64,000 bases of DNA from Caecitellus pseudoparvulus (lineage: Eukaryota > Protista > Bigyra: Bicosoecida): NCBI GenBank assembly GCA_965644315.1, contig CBFFRQ010000017.1, forward strand, positions 1-64,000. The letters are read 5' to 3'. Positions 34,352 through 45,467 of the stretch are shown in pieces. The notes under the pieces were generated by a model that saw only the letters and a list, made by a program, of their open reading frames with translations, was not told where the DNA came from and made no database searches. Position 1 is the first letter of the stretch, and each line of letters opens with the position of its first letter. The translations under genes were made by a program, and so were the position numbers.

Positions 34352-35236
34352 TCAGGCCGGGGAGGCGTCGGGGGGCGGGCGCCCTGCCACAGACACAAAG
34401 TTGGGCCGCAGTACTTCTTCGGGTGGCGGAGGCGGGCCTTGTCCGACGTTCGGCCGCTCCATGAGTGAACCCCGTCGCGGCGGGCCTGCACTGCTGCCCG
34501 CCGCCGCCTGGGGCGCAGCAAACAGGGGGGTGTCGGCACAGCCTGGCGCGGGGGCGAAGCACACGTGCTGGGCATCTCACCTCTGCTTTCAATGCCTGCA
34601 CTCGTGTGTGCAGGTCTGGCTGCTGGGACAGGTCAGGCGGTGGGAAGGCGCACGGCGGCAGGTCTGCCTGCGGCAACTTGGTCGCCCGCGGGCCAGCGTC
34701 CAGCGCTGGCACGTGCTGAATGCGCCAGATGCGACCCCGCCCCAGCATCTCTCTGCAGAGACCTCCTCGCTGGTGGGGGCAGGTGGGGCGGAGGTGGTGC
34801 CAGCACGGCTCAAGGCACAGGGGTCGCCGCACGCACCGCCAGAGCAGCATCAGCGTCCTGTGTCACAGCTTCCATGGCCCGCGCCTCAAGTGCGAGTTGG
34901 CTTAGAATGGAGGACGCCGCAGTGTGCACGGTGCTTGCGAGGTGCTCCAGGTTGTCCTGTGTCCAAGGCAGCGCAAGGCGTGGGCTGGCGTGGTGCCAAC
35001 GCGTGTCGCGTTGCGACGCGAGCAGGGCACAGGGCACGGACAGTCAGCGCTTGCAGGGCAGCGTCCGAGACCCGGCCCCGGCCTTCTTGGCCGACACCAT
35101 ACACTTCAGGGTCTGGACTCAAGTACGCAGCCTTGAGCTGCTCTGTGTCGCGCCGCACGGCAGCCTGCACCGTGCCCAGCGCATCGCAGGCCTCTTGGCA
35201 AGCACCCAAGCGGGCCTGCCTCTCCTGAGCCGACAT
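34352..35236 (-). CDS. Possible Abi/ABIL (WAVE complex subunit)-like protein, several introns
   Basis: DTEQLKAAYL...ALQALT|DNLEHLASTVHTAASSILSQLALEARAMEAV resembles the Abi N-terminal helices; Pro-rich tail. Exon structure partly inferred. Confidence 0.45.
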
Positions 35237-35541
35237 GCCGGATGGCAGAGAGCATGGAAGACGTGTGGACTAGAATGCCAGAGAACGAAAAATCGAATTT
35301 GGGCGCGGGCGGGGGCAGAGTGCGCGACGTGTGCTTGAGCGAGGGACAGCATGTATCGCACACACTGCCGCTGTGAGCACAAAGCTGGTGCCGAAGAAAA
35401 CTCCCCTCAGCTGCCTTCATAAAAGGGGCTCTACTCGGCCAGGCATGCTGCAGTGGGCTGCAGGCGCTCCGCCCACGGTCCAGTTGGCTGTGCAGCGAAA
35501 CTCTACCGAAACGCGCAAATTGGGCGCCTGAATCCCGCGCC

Positions 35542-36643
35542 ATGGGGGGAGGCTGCTTAACTGCTGGCTCCCACCCGAACCCACAACTCGTATGCGTTGA
35601 ATGTGGAGCTCTGTGTGATTCTCTGTACCGGGAGTACAGCGAGGGGAACATCCGCCTGACGCGATGTGTGGGTGGCTGGCCTGCCTAGCACAGAAGGCGC
35701 CCGTCCACGCACTGGCTGCTGCGCCTGCTCACAGAAAGAGTGCAACAAAGTCGTGGACAAGTATGTCGAGATGGATTCCACCCTGGTGTTCATTGACATG
35801 GTGTTGCAGCGCAAGCGAGTACGTCGCCGCTGGCACTGTACCCGCCAACCACATAGCGCGTGCTCATCACCCCTTGGCCACACTCCACGCGAGCAGGTCT
35901 ACCGCCACCTGCTGTTCAACTTCATCCCTTCTCCTCAGTCGGGCCTGTCCACACTCCCCCTCCTGCGGGCTTGCCTGGTGCTGGTGCTGCTGGAGGTGTT
36001 CGGGCGGCAGTATGTGCACGTGGCAGGGCGGGCGCCTGCGCTGGCCCCCGTCTCCACGCCCCACATCATCACCCGGGGCTCCCTCACCACCAGTCTCCTG
36101 CAGTTCTTCATCAACGCGGTGCTGGAGGGCACGATCTTTGGTCTGGCTGTGCTGGGCACGGCTTGGTGGCTGCGGGCACCTGCCTGGTGGGGCGGTCGGC
36201 AGGAGGCGCCCGCCGTGCCTCCTCTCCTGGACCCCACGGCGTCCAGGACGGTGCCTGGTTTGCCCTCTGACCTCCTGCCGTGGCAGTCACCGCCTCCTGC
36301 ATCGGCGGGCGAGGCGGGTGCAACGAGTGAGGCTCCCTCCCCCTCCGGCAGAGCAGCAGCCGCCGCTGGCTGGCAGCTGGCTTGGGGCTGTGTGGCTGCG
36401 TTGATCCTGGGCTCCTTCGGCCGCCTGGCCTGTGTCCTCCTCATGGTGTGGACGTACCCCCCCGTGTACGTCACTGTCATTGGCGCCTTTGTCCTGCTGT
36501 CCCAGGTCACGGCGGTGTCCGCTGCGCTGGATGTGGGGGAGGGCACGGCAGGGGTGATTGTGGCGGTGGGGGCGGCGGCCAGGGTCGCGCTCCAGGCCTT
36601 GCTGTGGTACACAGACCTCGCCCCGTCTGTGTCCATCCTGTAG
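35542..36643 (+). CDS. ARV1: ARV1 sterol homeostasis protein, 2 introns
   Basis: CVECG..CDSLYREYSEGNIRLTRC|KECNKVVDKYVEMD...IDMVLQRK|..VYRHLLFN plus TM segments. Confidence 0.92.
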
Positions 36644-36695
36644 ACGTGGTCGCTGGGTGGCTGCCCCAGTCGACAGGGGGGGCACATCACCGCAC

Positions 36696-36707
36696 AATGC
36701 ATGCATT
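36696..36707. promoter_or_regulatory. Palindromic AATGCATGCATT, candidate bidirectional 3'-end signal for convergent ARV1 and MVD
   Basis: AATGCA on both strands in the 92-bp gap between the two stop codons; the same hexamer follows many other stops. Confidence 0.55.
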
Positions 36708-36735
36708 TCGCGAGGCAGCCCTTGGTCGTGGGCCG

Positions 36736-38186
36736 TCACTTCGGCAGCCCGGTGGCGGGGTCGGCCAAGGCCTCCTCCAGGGGCAGCGTGCGGGGCCCAT
36801 CGCCCATGCTGGTGCAGTAGATGTGCCGGATCTCACCCGGGCAGGCGCTGCCCTCAGGCGCAGCCACGCCCGCAGGCAGCTCCACCGCCTCGGCGGCAGC
36901 CTGCGCAGCTGCACTGCTCACGTACTGCGAGAAGTCCAGGCCAGCAGTGGCGGAGCCGGAGGCTGTGCCGGTGGCGGCGCCGGCTGGGAAGTGCGACAGG
37001 ATGGCTGCCAGGACCAGGTGCATGTCGGCGTCCAGGGTGTAGATGACAGCGTTGGGGCCGGCGTCGAAGGTGTACGCGGCGACGGTGCGGCCAGCCACCT
37101 TGTTCAGGGTGTGCACGAGGCCGATGATGTGCCGGGAGGTGTCGTTCATGTAGAAGATGGGGGGGAAGGTGTCGAGGCAGGTGGCGTGGAACTGGTTGCT
37201 GTCAGCCATGGTGATGCGCCCGAACGTCTCGAAGTCCTTGGCCAGGAAGGCCGCCTCGATGTCGGCGAGACGCTTGGGCACCACTGCCGTCGCTCGGTGG
37301 GCCAGCAACTCGCTGGTCTTCACGCTGGCCACCATGCCCGGCGTGCTGCCGGTGTCCTTCTTTTTGTCCGACACGACGCACACGAGGACGCGCAGCTCCG
37401 GCCAGTGCGTCTCGGGGGCCACCTGCACCGCCATGCTGTCCTTGCCGTCGGCCGCCTCGCCCATGGACCACCGCACGAAGCCGCCGTACAGGGACCGGCA
37501 AGCTGAGCCGGACCCCATGCGGGCGATGGTGGTGAGCTCGCCAGGGTACGTCTCCGACACGGCAAAGAGGTCGGCGAGCGCCTGTGTGAGGCAGGCGTAA
37601 CCGGCGGCGGAGGACGCCAGGCCAGCTGCCGTGGGGAAGGTGTTGCGGCTGACGATGTGCACCTTGTAGCCATCCCAGTCGCCAGCTGCCACGAGGGTCT
37701 TGCCCTCGGCGTCTTTCTTGTCGCCAGCTCGGAAGCGGATCTCGCGCAGGACAGCCTGCACACGCTTGTTGCCTGAGATGTCTTCCTCCCTGTGGGCCGC
37801 GGGGCAGCGGGCAGTGGAAGATGCGGCGCCTCAGGGGCGGTGGCCATTCAATTTCCGCGGCCAAGGCCAGAACGACGGCCAGCACCCAGCCTGGCTGGAG
37901 GCAGGGGGCCACAGCTTCGGTAGCGAGTGCTGGGCATGCAGGCCTTTGCGTTGGTCACGGGCAGCACTCACTCGCCGTTCAGCCACAGTCTGTCAGCGGT
38001 GAACTCCTTGCTAGCCACCACCGTCGTCATGGCCTTCAGGTCATCCTGGTTCAGCGTCACACTGACGCTGCTGTTGATGGGCAGGTTTAGGGCCGTGTCA
38101 CGCTTGCCCCAGTACTTGATCACTGCGATGTTGGTGGGGGCTGTGCGGGTGACGCACAGCGTCTCGGCGGGCACGGCTGCGGCCAT
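36736..38186 (-). CDS. MVD: Diphosphomevalonate decarboxylase, 1 intron
   Basis: [64 protein letters not shown]. Confidence 0.97.
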
Positions 38187-38392
38187 GGTGGTTTGGATGC
38201 AGGCAGGTGGGGGGGGGCCTCGCGGCTCACGGCGACAGGCCAGCAGACGTCAGGCAACCGGAAGTTGCGAAGAAACACCACGTGTCTGAGGCATTGGAAA
38301 GTGCTGACCTAGCACACTGCTGGGCTGGCCGCTCTGCGGCAATCCAGGGCGTGGTGAAACGCTGGGCGAAACGCTGACAGCACCCCAGCAGC

Positions 38393-41300
38393 ATGTCCAC
38401 CGCCAGCAAGCACGTCATTGCCGACATCCAGGCGGCGTTGAAGTCAAAGGCATGGCAAAGCGTCATTGACAAGTGTCAGGCGTCGTTGGAGCTGCGGAAG
38501 GGCGACGTGCGGCTGCATTTGTTCCGGGCCTACGCCCACGACAAGCTGGCGCAGCTGCCCGAGGCGGAAGCCGCATACCGGGCTGCCCTGGAGCTGGAAG
38601 CGTCCAACGCGCAGGCCTTGCAAGGCCTTGCTCAGGTGCAATTCGCCTGCAAGGCCTGGGCGGGTGCACGGGCCACATTCTCCGCCGCGGCTGAGGCTCG
38701 CTCGGCAGGTGCAGCCGCTGCGAAGCTGATGGTGCAAGGCGCTGCCGCAGCCTTCCACGCGACCCAGTACGACGAGGCTGCCGCCCTCCTGGCCCGCGCA
38801 CCTTCTCTGGCTCCGGAGGATGCGGAGCTGGTCCCAGAGGTCCGTCTGCGCTCGGCAGCGGCTGCCGTACGGTCGCTGCTTCGGGGCGCTACCGTGCTGG
38901 GCAGTGGGCAGGTGGCGAGTGCGGAGGGCGCCAGCGCCGCCGCTGCAGCTGGAGCAGCCCCCAGCACGCCCCAGGCGGGTGACTCCTTGTACCACGCCAA
39001 TGCCTGGTACTTCCTCCTGCCCCAGCTGAGACAGGGGGTGCCCGCCACACTGACAGCCACGGCACGTGCTCTGAGGGGCCTGGCACCAGCCACTGCGCAG
39101 GGGGGGGCAGCGGACACGGATGAGCCCCTGGAAAGCCTTGGGCAGCTGGTGCAGCTGGCTGTGTCCCTAGGCATGCCGGGGCCGGAGGAGGGCTGGGGCG
39201 CGGCGGAGGGCTCTAGGTGGGAGGGCCTGGGCGTGGTGGAGGGCTGGGCACCCCCCCGCCTGGCCCCATCCGCCACGGCGCCCCTGCACTTGGCCCTCCT
39301 GCTCGCCATTTGCATTGCCGTGCAGGGCGCCAGTGGTGTGGACGCTGGCACCCTGCACGCCTCACGCGCGTTGGCCGCGCAGGCCCTGGGGGCAGTGTCC
39401 GGGCTGGTGACGCGCCCGCTGCAGGCCGACACACCGCCCAGCGCCCTGAACGCGAGCAGCAGCAGCCACGTCACAGAGGCCAGTCGGGAGGACCTGCTGG
39501 GCCTGGTCGTGGACTTGGCGCTGGTGCTGTGCGCCAGTGCCGAGGTGGGTGGCGCGGTCGACCTTCTGGCGACCCAGGGCGAGCGGGGCATGTCGCCACT
39601 GCTCGCTGCCGCGTTGCACGGCGTGCAAGGCGTCGTGCACCGCGGCAGGACTGGCGCCGACCCCGCCGGGGCAGTGCCGCTGAATGCCCTGCTGGCTGCG
39701 GCGAGTGGCAGCCTGCTGTCTCCGCTCGTGGCTGGCGCACCGCCAGCCCCCCGTGTCGCCCGGGCCAAGGACGCGCCCCCGCCCACGGGCATGCCTGCTG
39801 TGTATGCGATGGGCGAGGCCCACGTGACGGCAGGGCCGGTGCTGACCCTCCTGCAGTCACTTGCCTCTGCTGCGTTGTCAGGTCTCCGGAGTCACCTGCC
39901 GCTGGGCACGGCAGTGGGCCTGTCACTGCGCAGCACAGCGCCTGCCCAGCGCCACGCTGTCCTCGTGGCCCTGGCCTCAGCCTGGACGGCAGCACGGGGG
40001 CCTGGCGCCTTCTCAGCCTCCCTCACCAGCCGTGCGCCTCGAAGCGAGCCCACCGCCCTGCCAGCGTCCTCCGCCCCCGCCGCTGTCCTCGCAGTCGTGG
40101 CTGCCACGGTGGACAAGCTGGCGCAGGCGCCGTGGCTTGGCGCTGCGCTGCCCGGCAGCGTCCACGCCTGCCGCCTGCTGGACCTGCATGGCTCCCTCCT
40201 GCTGGCTGGCGCTGGGGGGGGGGGTGGCGTGGCGCTCAGTGTGGCGCTGGGCGTCTCCGCAGCGCAGTGCCTGCCGCCCACGCCGCCTGCCACAGACCCC
40301 CTTGCCCTGTACACGGCGGCAGTGGCCTGGCGGGGGCAGGTCGTGGCCAGCGGGGAAGGGGGGGGGCTGGCCGCCTCACCCCTGCGGTGGCTGTACGGCT
40401 CAGCGGCGCTGCCGGATAGTGCGAGCTGCCCCGGTGCCCAGGCCAGCGACGCGCTCAGTCGCCTGCTGGCGCCATGGCCCGCTGCCGTGCAGACCGGCGA
40501 CACGACTGCGCTGCACAGCACCGTGGTGGCGCTGCCCCCCCACGCAGCGTCTGCCGTGGGCCGACTGGGCGCCGCCGTCGCAGCGACAGCGGTCATGGCG
40601 CTGTCTCCTGCCCTGCTGCATACTGGGCCGGGCGGCGGGGTGCCCACAGACACCCCTGCAGAAGGAGCCCTGCGTAGGGGCCTGGCGTCCGCTTGGGGGC
40701 GGCTCCTGCGCCCGCTGGTAGTGGCCCTGCTCGGGCCCGCCACGCCCCCCGCCACACAGGCACTGCTGGCAGCACTGGTGGATGTGGGGGATGCCGCCGC
40801 CGCCCGGAGTGGCGGACAGCCCGGGTCCCCTGCGCCCCTTGCGCTGCAGGGTCCAGCTGCGCAGGAGTCTGGTGCCAGCCTCCACTTCACAGACGTCAAC
40901 GGCTGCCTTACACGTCTGGCCACTGCGTGTCTGCAGCTGGGCCAGGGCAAGGCTGCCGAGGCCCAAGCCACTGCCCTGGCCGGCGCCGCCCTGGCGCCGT
41001 GTCATGCGGGGTGCTTTGCCGTACTCGGGCACGCCTACGCCGCCCAGGCCAAGTGTGGCACGCCGGGGGCAGCGGGGCGCGCTGAGGCGTGCTGGCGCAA
41101 GGCGCTGGCGCTGCGGGGGGACCTGTCCGGCGCCGCCCACGCACTTGCCGCGCACTTGCTCGAGGAGGGACGCCCCAAAGACGCCGCCAGTGCCTTGGCC
41201 GCCTTCCTCGGCTCCAGCGGCTCCACGGCCGTGTCCCGGGCCTGGGCGGCACTGGCACTGGGGCAGCTCCTGGCCCGGGGCTGGGCGGGGCTGGCCAAGG

Positions 41301-44299
41301 ACGCCGCCACACCACGCTTCTCCCTGGCCACGTCTGAGGAGCTGGCCGCCAGTGAGGGCCACCTGCACGCCGCTGGACGCGGGCTGCCCCTGCAGAGCCA
41401 GCCATGGGAGTGCCTTGCTCAGGTGTACCTTGGGCAGGGCAAGCTGTCTGCAGCGCTCAAAACGGCCGCACGGGCGCTGGCACTGTGGCACGCGGAGCAG
41501 GGGAGTGACGCCGACTCCGCCTTCCTGCAGCTGGACCTGGCGCCGACCTCCCGTGTCCGCCGCTGGCTCAGCAGGCAGGGTGACGCGCCCAGCGCACCGG
41601 CACCCGGCGCCGGTTCCATCCTGCTCACCCTGGCAGAGGCACATCTAGGCATGGGGCAGTTCGACCACGCCCTGGCACGGGCAGAGGCGGCGTGTGCGGT
41701 GGACAGCACGAGCGTCGCTGCCCTCGGAAGTGCTGGCCGGGCGGCGCTGCTGTGTGCGCGGCAGGCCGCTGAGGATGGCGAGTGGGCCGCTGTCACGTGG
41801 GCTGTGCAGCGGGGCCTGGCGCGCCTGGCTGCTGTGGAGGGGGCAGAGGCCCTGCCGCCCAGCCTGCTCAAATGCCGGGGAGACCTGTTCAGCTGCCTGT
41901 TCCCCGTCTGCCCCGCAGTCTTCACCCGCAGTGCGGCGAGCCGCCTGTGTTGGGCGGCAGGGGACCCCGCCCCACCCGCTTGCACCGACGCCCAGGGCTT
42001 CGCAGAGGGGAGCGACGCTGGGCCGCCGCTGTGGGTGGGCCCACGTGCCGCCCTTGTGCTGCCACTCCTGCCCCAGCTGTGCCCCGGCAGCGACGCGACG
42101 GCTGCATACGCTGCCGTGCTGGAGCAGCTGCTGGTCGCTGCGACGCCGACCGACGAGGTGGCAGCCGCCAGCCACCAGGCCCAGCTGTGTGTGGCGTGGT
42201 GTGACTTGGGCCGCAGCTACCTGCTGCAGGCACGGGCTGCCCTCGCAGCGACTGGGGGTGGAGACAACTCAGGTTCGTGGGCAGGCGAGGGGGGTCTGTG
42301 GGGGGCCTTGTGGCACGTCGCGCCCTCCGCCATGGCGGCTGCTGAAGCAGCGTACCGTGGTGCTGTGCAGGCTGACACAGCGTCGCCCGCTGCGTGGCTG
42401 GGGCTGGGCCTGGCGAGCAGGCAGCCGTCTCAGGCCCAGCACGCCCTGGTCACGGCAGTGATGGCGGGCGGCGGGGGCGTGGCGCTGTGCAACCTGGGCA
42501 TGCTGTACCTGCTGCAGGGCGAGTTCGTCATTGCACGGCGCACGTTTGTGCAGGCGCAGCACACCGACCCCGCCAATGCCGCCATGTGGGTGGGGGTGGG
42601 GCACCTTGCCGCCCAGCTGGCCCACGCAGCCCGCACATCTACGACTGGCGCCACGTTGCCCGCAGGGCTGGCTGCGTTGCTTGCCTCTGCCACGGGCGGC
42701 GGGGATGTGGCCGGGGAAGCTGCCCTGCGCAGCATGACCGCCTTCCTGTCTGGGACGGACCTGGCACAGGGACCAGAGGCCACGCTGCCGGCGGGGCTGC
42801 TGGCTGGGGCGCTGGTGGGCACGCGTCTGCTGCCGGGGCAAGGCGCCGTGCAAGGCGGCGCGGCGGTGTGGACGGGGGACGTGCATGCGGCGGCAGGGGG
42901 CGGGCTGCCGCCGCAGTCGCTGCTGTCCATGGCAGCGGAGGCTCAGCCAGCCTCAGTGCCAGCGCTGCTGGGGCTGGCTGCTCTCGCCCACACACGGGCT
43001 GTGGCGGCGTGGGAGGTGGGCCCACCCACCGGGGCGTTGCGCCACGCCATCACCAGCCTCAAGTGGGCCCTGGCAGCTGTCGCACGACAAGGCGCCGTGG
43101 CGGGTGTGGCCACTGGACCCTCCACGCCCGCCCTGACTCCAGACACGGCCCAGCTGTGGGTGGTCGCCTGTGCCACTCTGTCCCGCGCAGCCACCCTGCT
43201 GCGGGCAGTGTGGGCTCCTGCCCTCCCCGCCCCCCCTGCCTTGGCTGCCGTGCTGCCCCTCCTGCAGCGCTGCTTGGCGTGGCTCGGCAGCTCCGGAGCC
43301 GGTACACTGGCAGCCTGCCTGGCCAGCGTCCCAGGCACGCTGCTGGCCGCAGCACTGAAGGTGCCAGGCGACCTTGCCTGCCTGGCGACAGAAGTGCAGG
43401 GGTCTCAGCTGGCAGGCCGCTTGACCCCGCCCGGCGTGTGGCTGGTGGCGGGCGCTGCCCTGGCCGCCCCCCCACAGCAGGGCCCCGAAGCACTGGCGCA
43501 CACCGTGCACAGCGCCTCGCTGCAGGCCTGTCTGCCCCTCCTCCTGCTCATGGCGCGCTTGCAGCTGGCGGCAGGGGATGCGGCAGGCGCCCTGGCCACT
43601 CTGCAGGATGCCACCCGGTCCACGCCAGATGCCCACATGCCGTGGCGGATGGGGGTGGCGCAGGGGGCGTTCCTGGGAGACACGGACCTGGTGGGGTCGG
43701 TGTCGCCCCACCTGGCCACCGTCACGCATGCCGCGCGGGATGCGGGCAGCAGCCTCCCCACCACGACCAACGCTCCTCAAGCCGCACTGCGTCAGGCCCT
43801 GCTGGCTGCGGCGTATGCGTCAGAGGAGGTGGCGAGGGTGGTGCAGGGGGGGGAGGACACCGACTCTGCCACGGACCTCTCTGCGTCCGTCTCTGCCGCC
43901 CTGCGCGAGAGCAGCATGTGGCACCCCGTCTCAGGAGGCGCCGACGCACCGCCCGCCGCCGACGCCCCCACCACCCTGCGCCTGGCCAAGGCGTGGTTGC
44001 GCGTCGCTGCGGCGTCGCTGCGAGCGCAGTTCGGGACGGAAGACCCTGCAGCGTATGCCAAGCTGGCTCGCGGGGCCGTCGTGGCTGCGCTGTCCCTGGC
44101 CTGTGCCCTGCTGCAGGCTGGGCCCAGCGACCTGGCAGGCGCCAAGACCGCGCCGGCGCCAGGGGAGGTGTTTGCAGGGGACGCGCCGACAGTGCTGTCG
44201 GCGGTGTGTGGTGCGGGGCATGCGGGGCGGGGCATGGCAGGGGCAGTGAAGGCCCAGGCGCTGGCGCTGCTGGCGTCGGCGCCTGTGGCACAGGCGTGA
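38393..44299 (+). CDS. SKI3: SKI3/TTC37 superkiller complex TPR protein
   Basis: N-terminus IQAALKSKAW..VIDKC...EAEAAYRAALELEASNAQALQGL and later AQHALV...CNLGMLYL..GE..IARRTF..AQHTDP..AAMWVG match Ski3. 1968-aa single ORF. Confidence 0.8.
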   Translation: MSTASKHVIADIQAALKSKAWQSVIDKCQASLELRKGDVRLHLFRAYAHDKLAQLPEAEAAYRAALELEASNAQALQGLAQVQFACKAWAGARATFSAAAEARSAGAAAAKLMVQGAAAAFHATQYDEAAALLARAPSLAPEDAELVPEVRLRSAAAAVRSLLRGATVLGSGQVASAEGASAAAAAGAAPSTPQAGDSLYHANAWYFLLPQLRQGVPATLTATARALRGLAPATAQGGAADTDEPLESLGQLVQLAVSLGMPGPEEGWGAAEGSRWEGLGVVEGWAPPRLAPSATAPLHLALLLAICIAVQGASGVDAGTLHASRALAAQALGAVSGLVTRPLQADTPPSALNASSSSHVTEASREDLLGLVVDLALVLCASAEVGGAVDLLATQGERGMSPLLAAALHGVQGVVHRGRTGADPAGAVPLNALLAAASGSLLSPLVAGAPPAPRVARAKDAPPPTGMPAVYAMGEAHVTAGPVLTLLQSLASAALSGLRSHLPLGTAVGLSLRSTAPAQRHAVLVALASAWTAARGPGAFSASLTSRAPRSEPTALPASSAPAAVLAVVAATVDKLAQAPWLGAALPGSVHACRLLDLHGSLLLAGAGGGGGVALSVALGVSAAQCLPPTPPATDPLALYTAAVAWRGQVVASGEGGGLAASPLRWLYGSAALPDSASCPGAQASDALSRLLAPWPAAVQTGDTTALHSTVVALPPHAASAVGRLGAAVAATAVMALSPALLHTGPGGGVPTDTPAEGALRRGLASAWGRLLRPLVVALLGPATPPATQALLAALVDVGDAAAARSGGQPGSPAPLALQGPAAQESGASLHFTDVNGCLTRLATACLQLGQGKAAEAQATALAGAALAPCHAGCFAVLGHAYAAQAKCGTPGAAGRAEACWRKALALRGDLSGAAHALAAHLLEEGRPKDAASALAAFLGSSGSTAVSRAWAALALGQLLARGWAGLAKDAATPRFSLATSEELAASEGHLHAAGRGLPLQSQPWECLAQVYLGQGKLSAALKTAARALALWHAEQGSDADSAFLQLDLAPTSRVRRWLSRQGDAPSAPAPGAGSILLTLAEAHLGMGQFDHALARAEAACAVDSTSVAALGSAGRAALLCARQAAEDGEWAAVTWAVQRGLARLAAVEGAEALPPSLLKCRGDLFSCLFPVCPAVFTRSAASRLCWAAGDPAPPACTDAQGFAEGSDAGPPLWVGPRAALVLPLLPQLCPGSDATAAYAAVLEQLLVAATPTDEVAAASHQAQLCVAWCDLGRSYLLQARAALAATGGGDNSGSWAGEGGLWGALWHVAPSAMAAAEAAYRGAVQADTASPAAWLGLGLASRQPSQAQHALVTAVMAGGGGVALCNLGMLYLLQGEFVIARRTFVQAQHTDPANAAMWVGVGHLAAQLAHAARTSTTGATLPAGLAALLASATGGGDVAGEAALRSMTAFLSGTDLAQGPEATLPAGLLAGALVGTRLLPGQGAVQGGAAVWTGDVHAAAGGGLPPQSLLSMAAEAQPASVPALLGLAALAHTRAVAAWEVGPPTGALRHAITSLKWALAAVARQGAVAGVATGPSTPALTPDTAQLWVVACATLSRAATLLRAVWAPALPAPPALAAVLPLLQRCLAWLGSSGAGTLAACLASVPGTLLAAALKVPGDLACLATEVQGSQLAGRLTPPGVWLVAGAALAAPPQQGPEALAHTVHSASLQACLPLLLLMARLQLAAGDAAGALATLQDATRSTPDAHMPWRMGVAQGAFLGDTDLVGSVSPHLATVTHAARDAGSSLPTTTNAPQAALRQALLAAAYASEEVARVVQGGEDTDSATDLSASVSAALRESSMWHPVSGGADAPPAADAPTTLRLAKAWLRVAAASLRAQFGTEDPAAYAKLARGAVVAALSLACALLQAGPSDLAGAKTAPAPGEVFAGDAPTVLSAVCGAGHAGRGMAGAVKAQALALLASAPVAQA

Positions 44300-44393
44300 G
44301 CAGTGCCTGGCGCCGCTCAAAATCCACCGCTCCCGACACACTCGCCGCCCTGCCCAGTGCACACACACGCCCGACACGCCCCCGTGCCTCACC

Positions 44394-45426
44394 ATGCTTG
44401 CCGTGACGGCCCGCCGTGTGGCCGCCGCAGGGGCAACGTCGGCCCTGTGCCGAGGCATGGCCAGCAGTGCTGCGTGGGAGACGCTGGCCGTGAGCCAGCC
44501 AGCGGAGTTTGTGACCCATGTCGCGTTGAATCGCCCCGACAAGCGCAACGCCATGAACAAGACCATGTGGCGGGAAGTGCGGGAAGTGTTCGAGAGCCTG
44601 GACAGCGACCCAGACACACGCGCAGTGGTGTTGTCGGGGAACGGCAAGGGCTTCACAGGCGGCCTGGACCTGGCGGTGCGTCGGGAATTTGTCGTGGCTG
44701 CGGCTCACCACGCCGACGCCTTTTCCTCCCCCCCAACTGCGCGCAGGACCACATGGACTGGTTCTCGCAGGCTGCAGAGACGCAGGACGCGTCCAGGGCC
44801 GCCTTTGAGCTCATGAAGACCATCAAGGCGTACCAGGCCTCCATGTCGTCGCTCGAAGCATGCCGAAAGGTGAGCAGCCTGAGCTGGACAAGCGCAGTCC
44901 CCCGGCACCCCACGCCGCCGTCCCTGCGCAGCCTGTTGTGGCGGTGGTGCATGGAACATGCATTGGTGCGGGGGTGGACATGATCTGCGCCGCAGACATC
45001 CGGTACGCGTCGAACGACGCAGTGTTTTGCGTGAAGGAGGCGGAAATTGGTCTCGCAGCCGACGTCGGCACGCTGCAGCGCCTGCCCCGCATCATCGGCA
45101 ACGAGAGCCTGGCACGGGAACTGGCCTTCACAGCCAGGAATATGTCTGCAGGGGAGGCAGCGAAGGTCGGCCTGCTGTCGGCGGTGCACACGAGCAAGGA
45201 GGAGGCGCTGAGCGCCGGCCTCGCCACAGCGCAGCGCATCGCAGCCTTGAGCCCAGTGGCTGTGCAGGGCACCAAGGTGGCCCTGAACTACTCCCGGGAG
45301 CACGGCATCGCACAGGGCCTGGAGTACCAGGTCGCGTGGAACGCAGCCATGCTGCAGACGCCGGACATCCCTCAGGCGGCTGCGGCGCTCATGGGCGGCG
45401 GCAAGGCCGACTTCGCCAAGCTGTGA
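44394..45426 (+). CDS. ECH1: Delta(3,5)-Delta(2,4)-dienoyl-CoA isomerase, 2 introns
   Basis: HVALNRPDKRNAMN, FTGGLDL, VHGTCIGAGVDMI, KEAEIGLAADVGTLQRLP; ends DFAKL. Confidence 0.93.
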
Positions 45427-45467
45427 GGCACAATGCAGGCAGACGGCACTGCGCTGTGTGGGGATCA

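Noticed and set aside
38393-44299. Many long overlapping ORFs around SKI3, and a link between SKI3 and the kinase-RNase as an antiviral cluster
   Set aside because: Overlapping ORFs are expected at this GC content. SKI3 is a housekeeping gene more than 10 kb away with unrelated genes in between.
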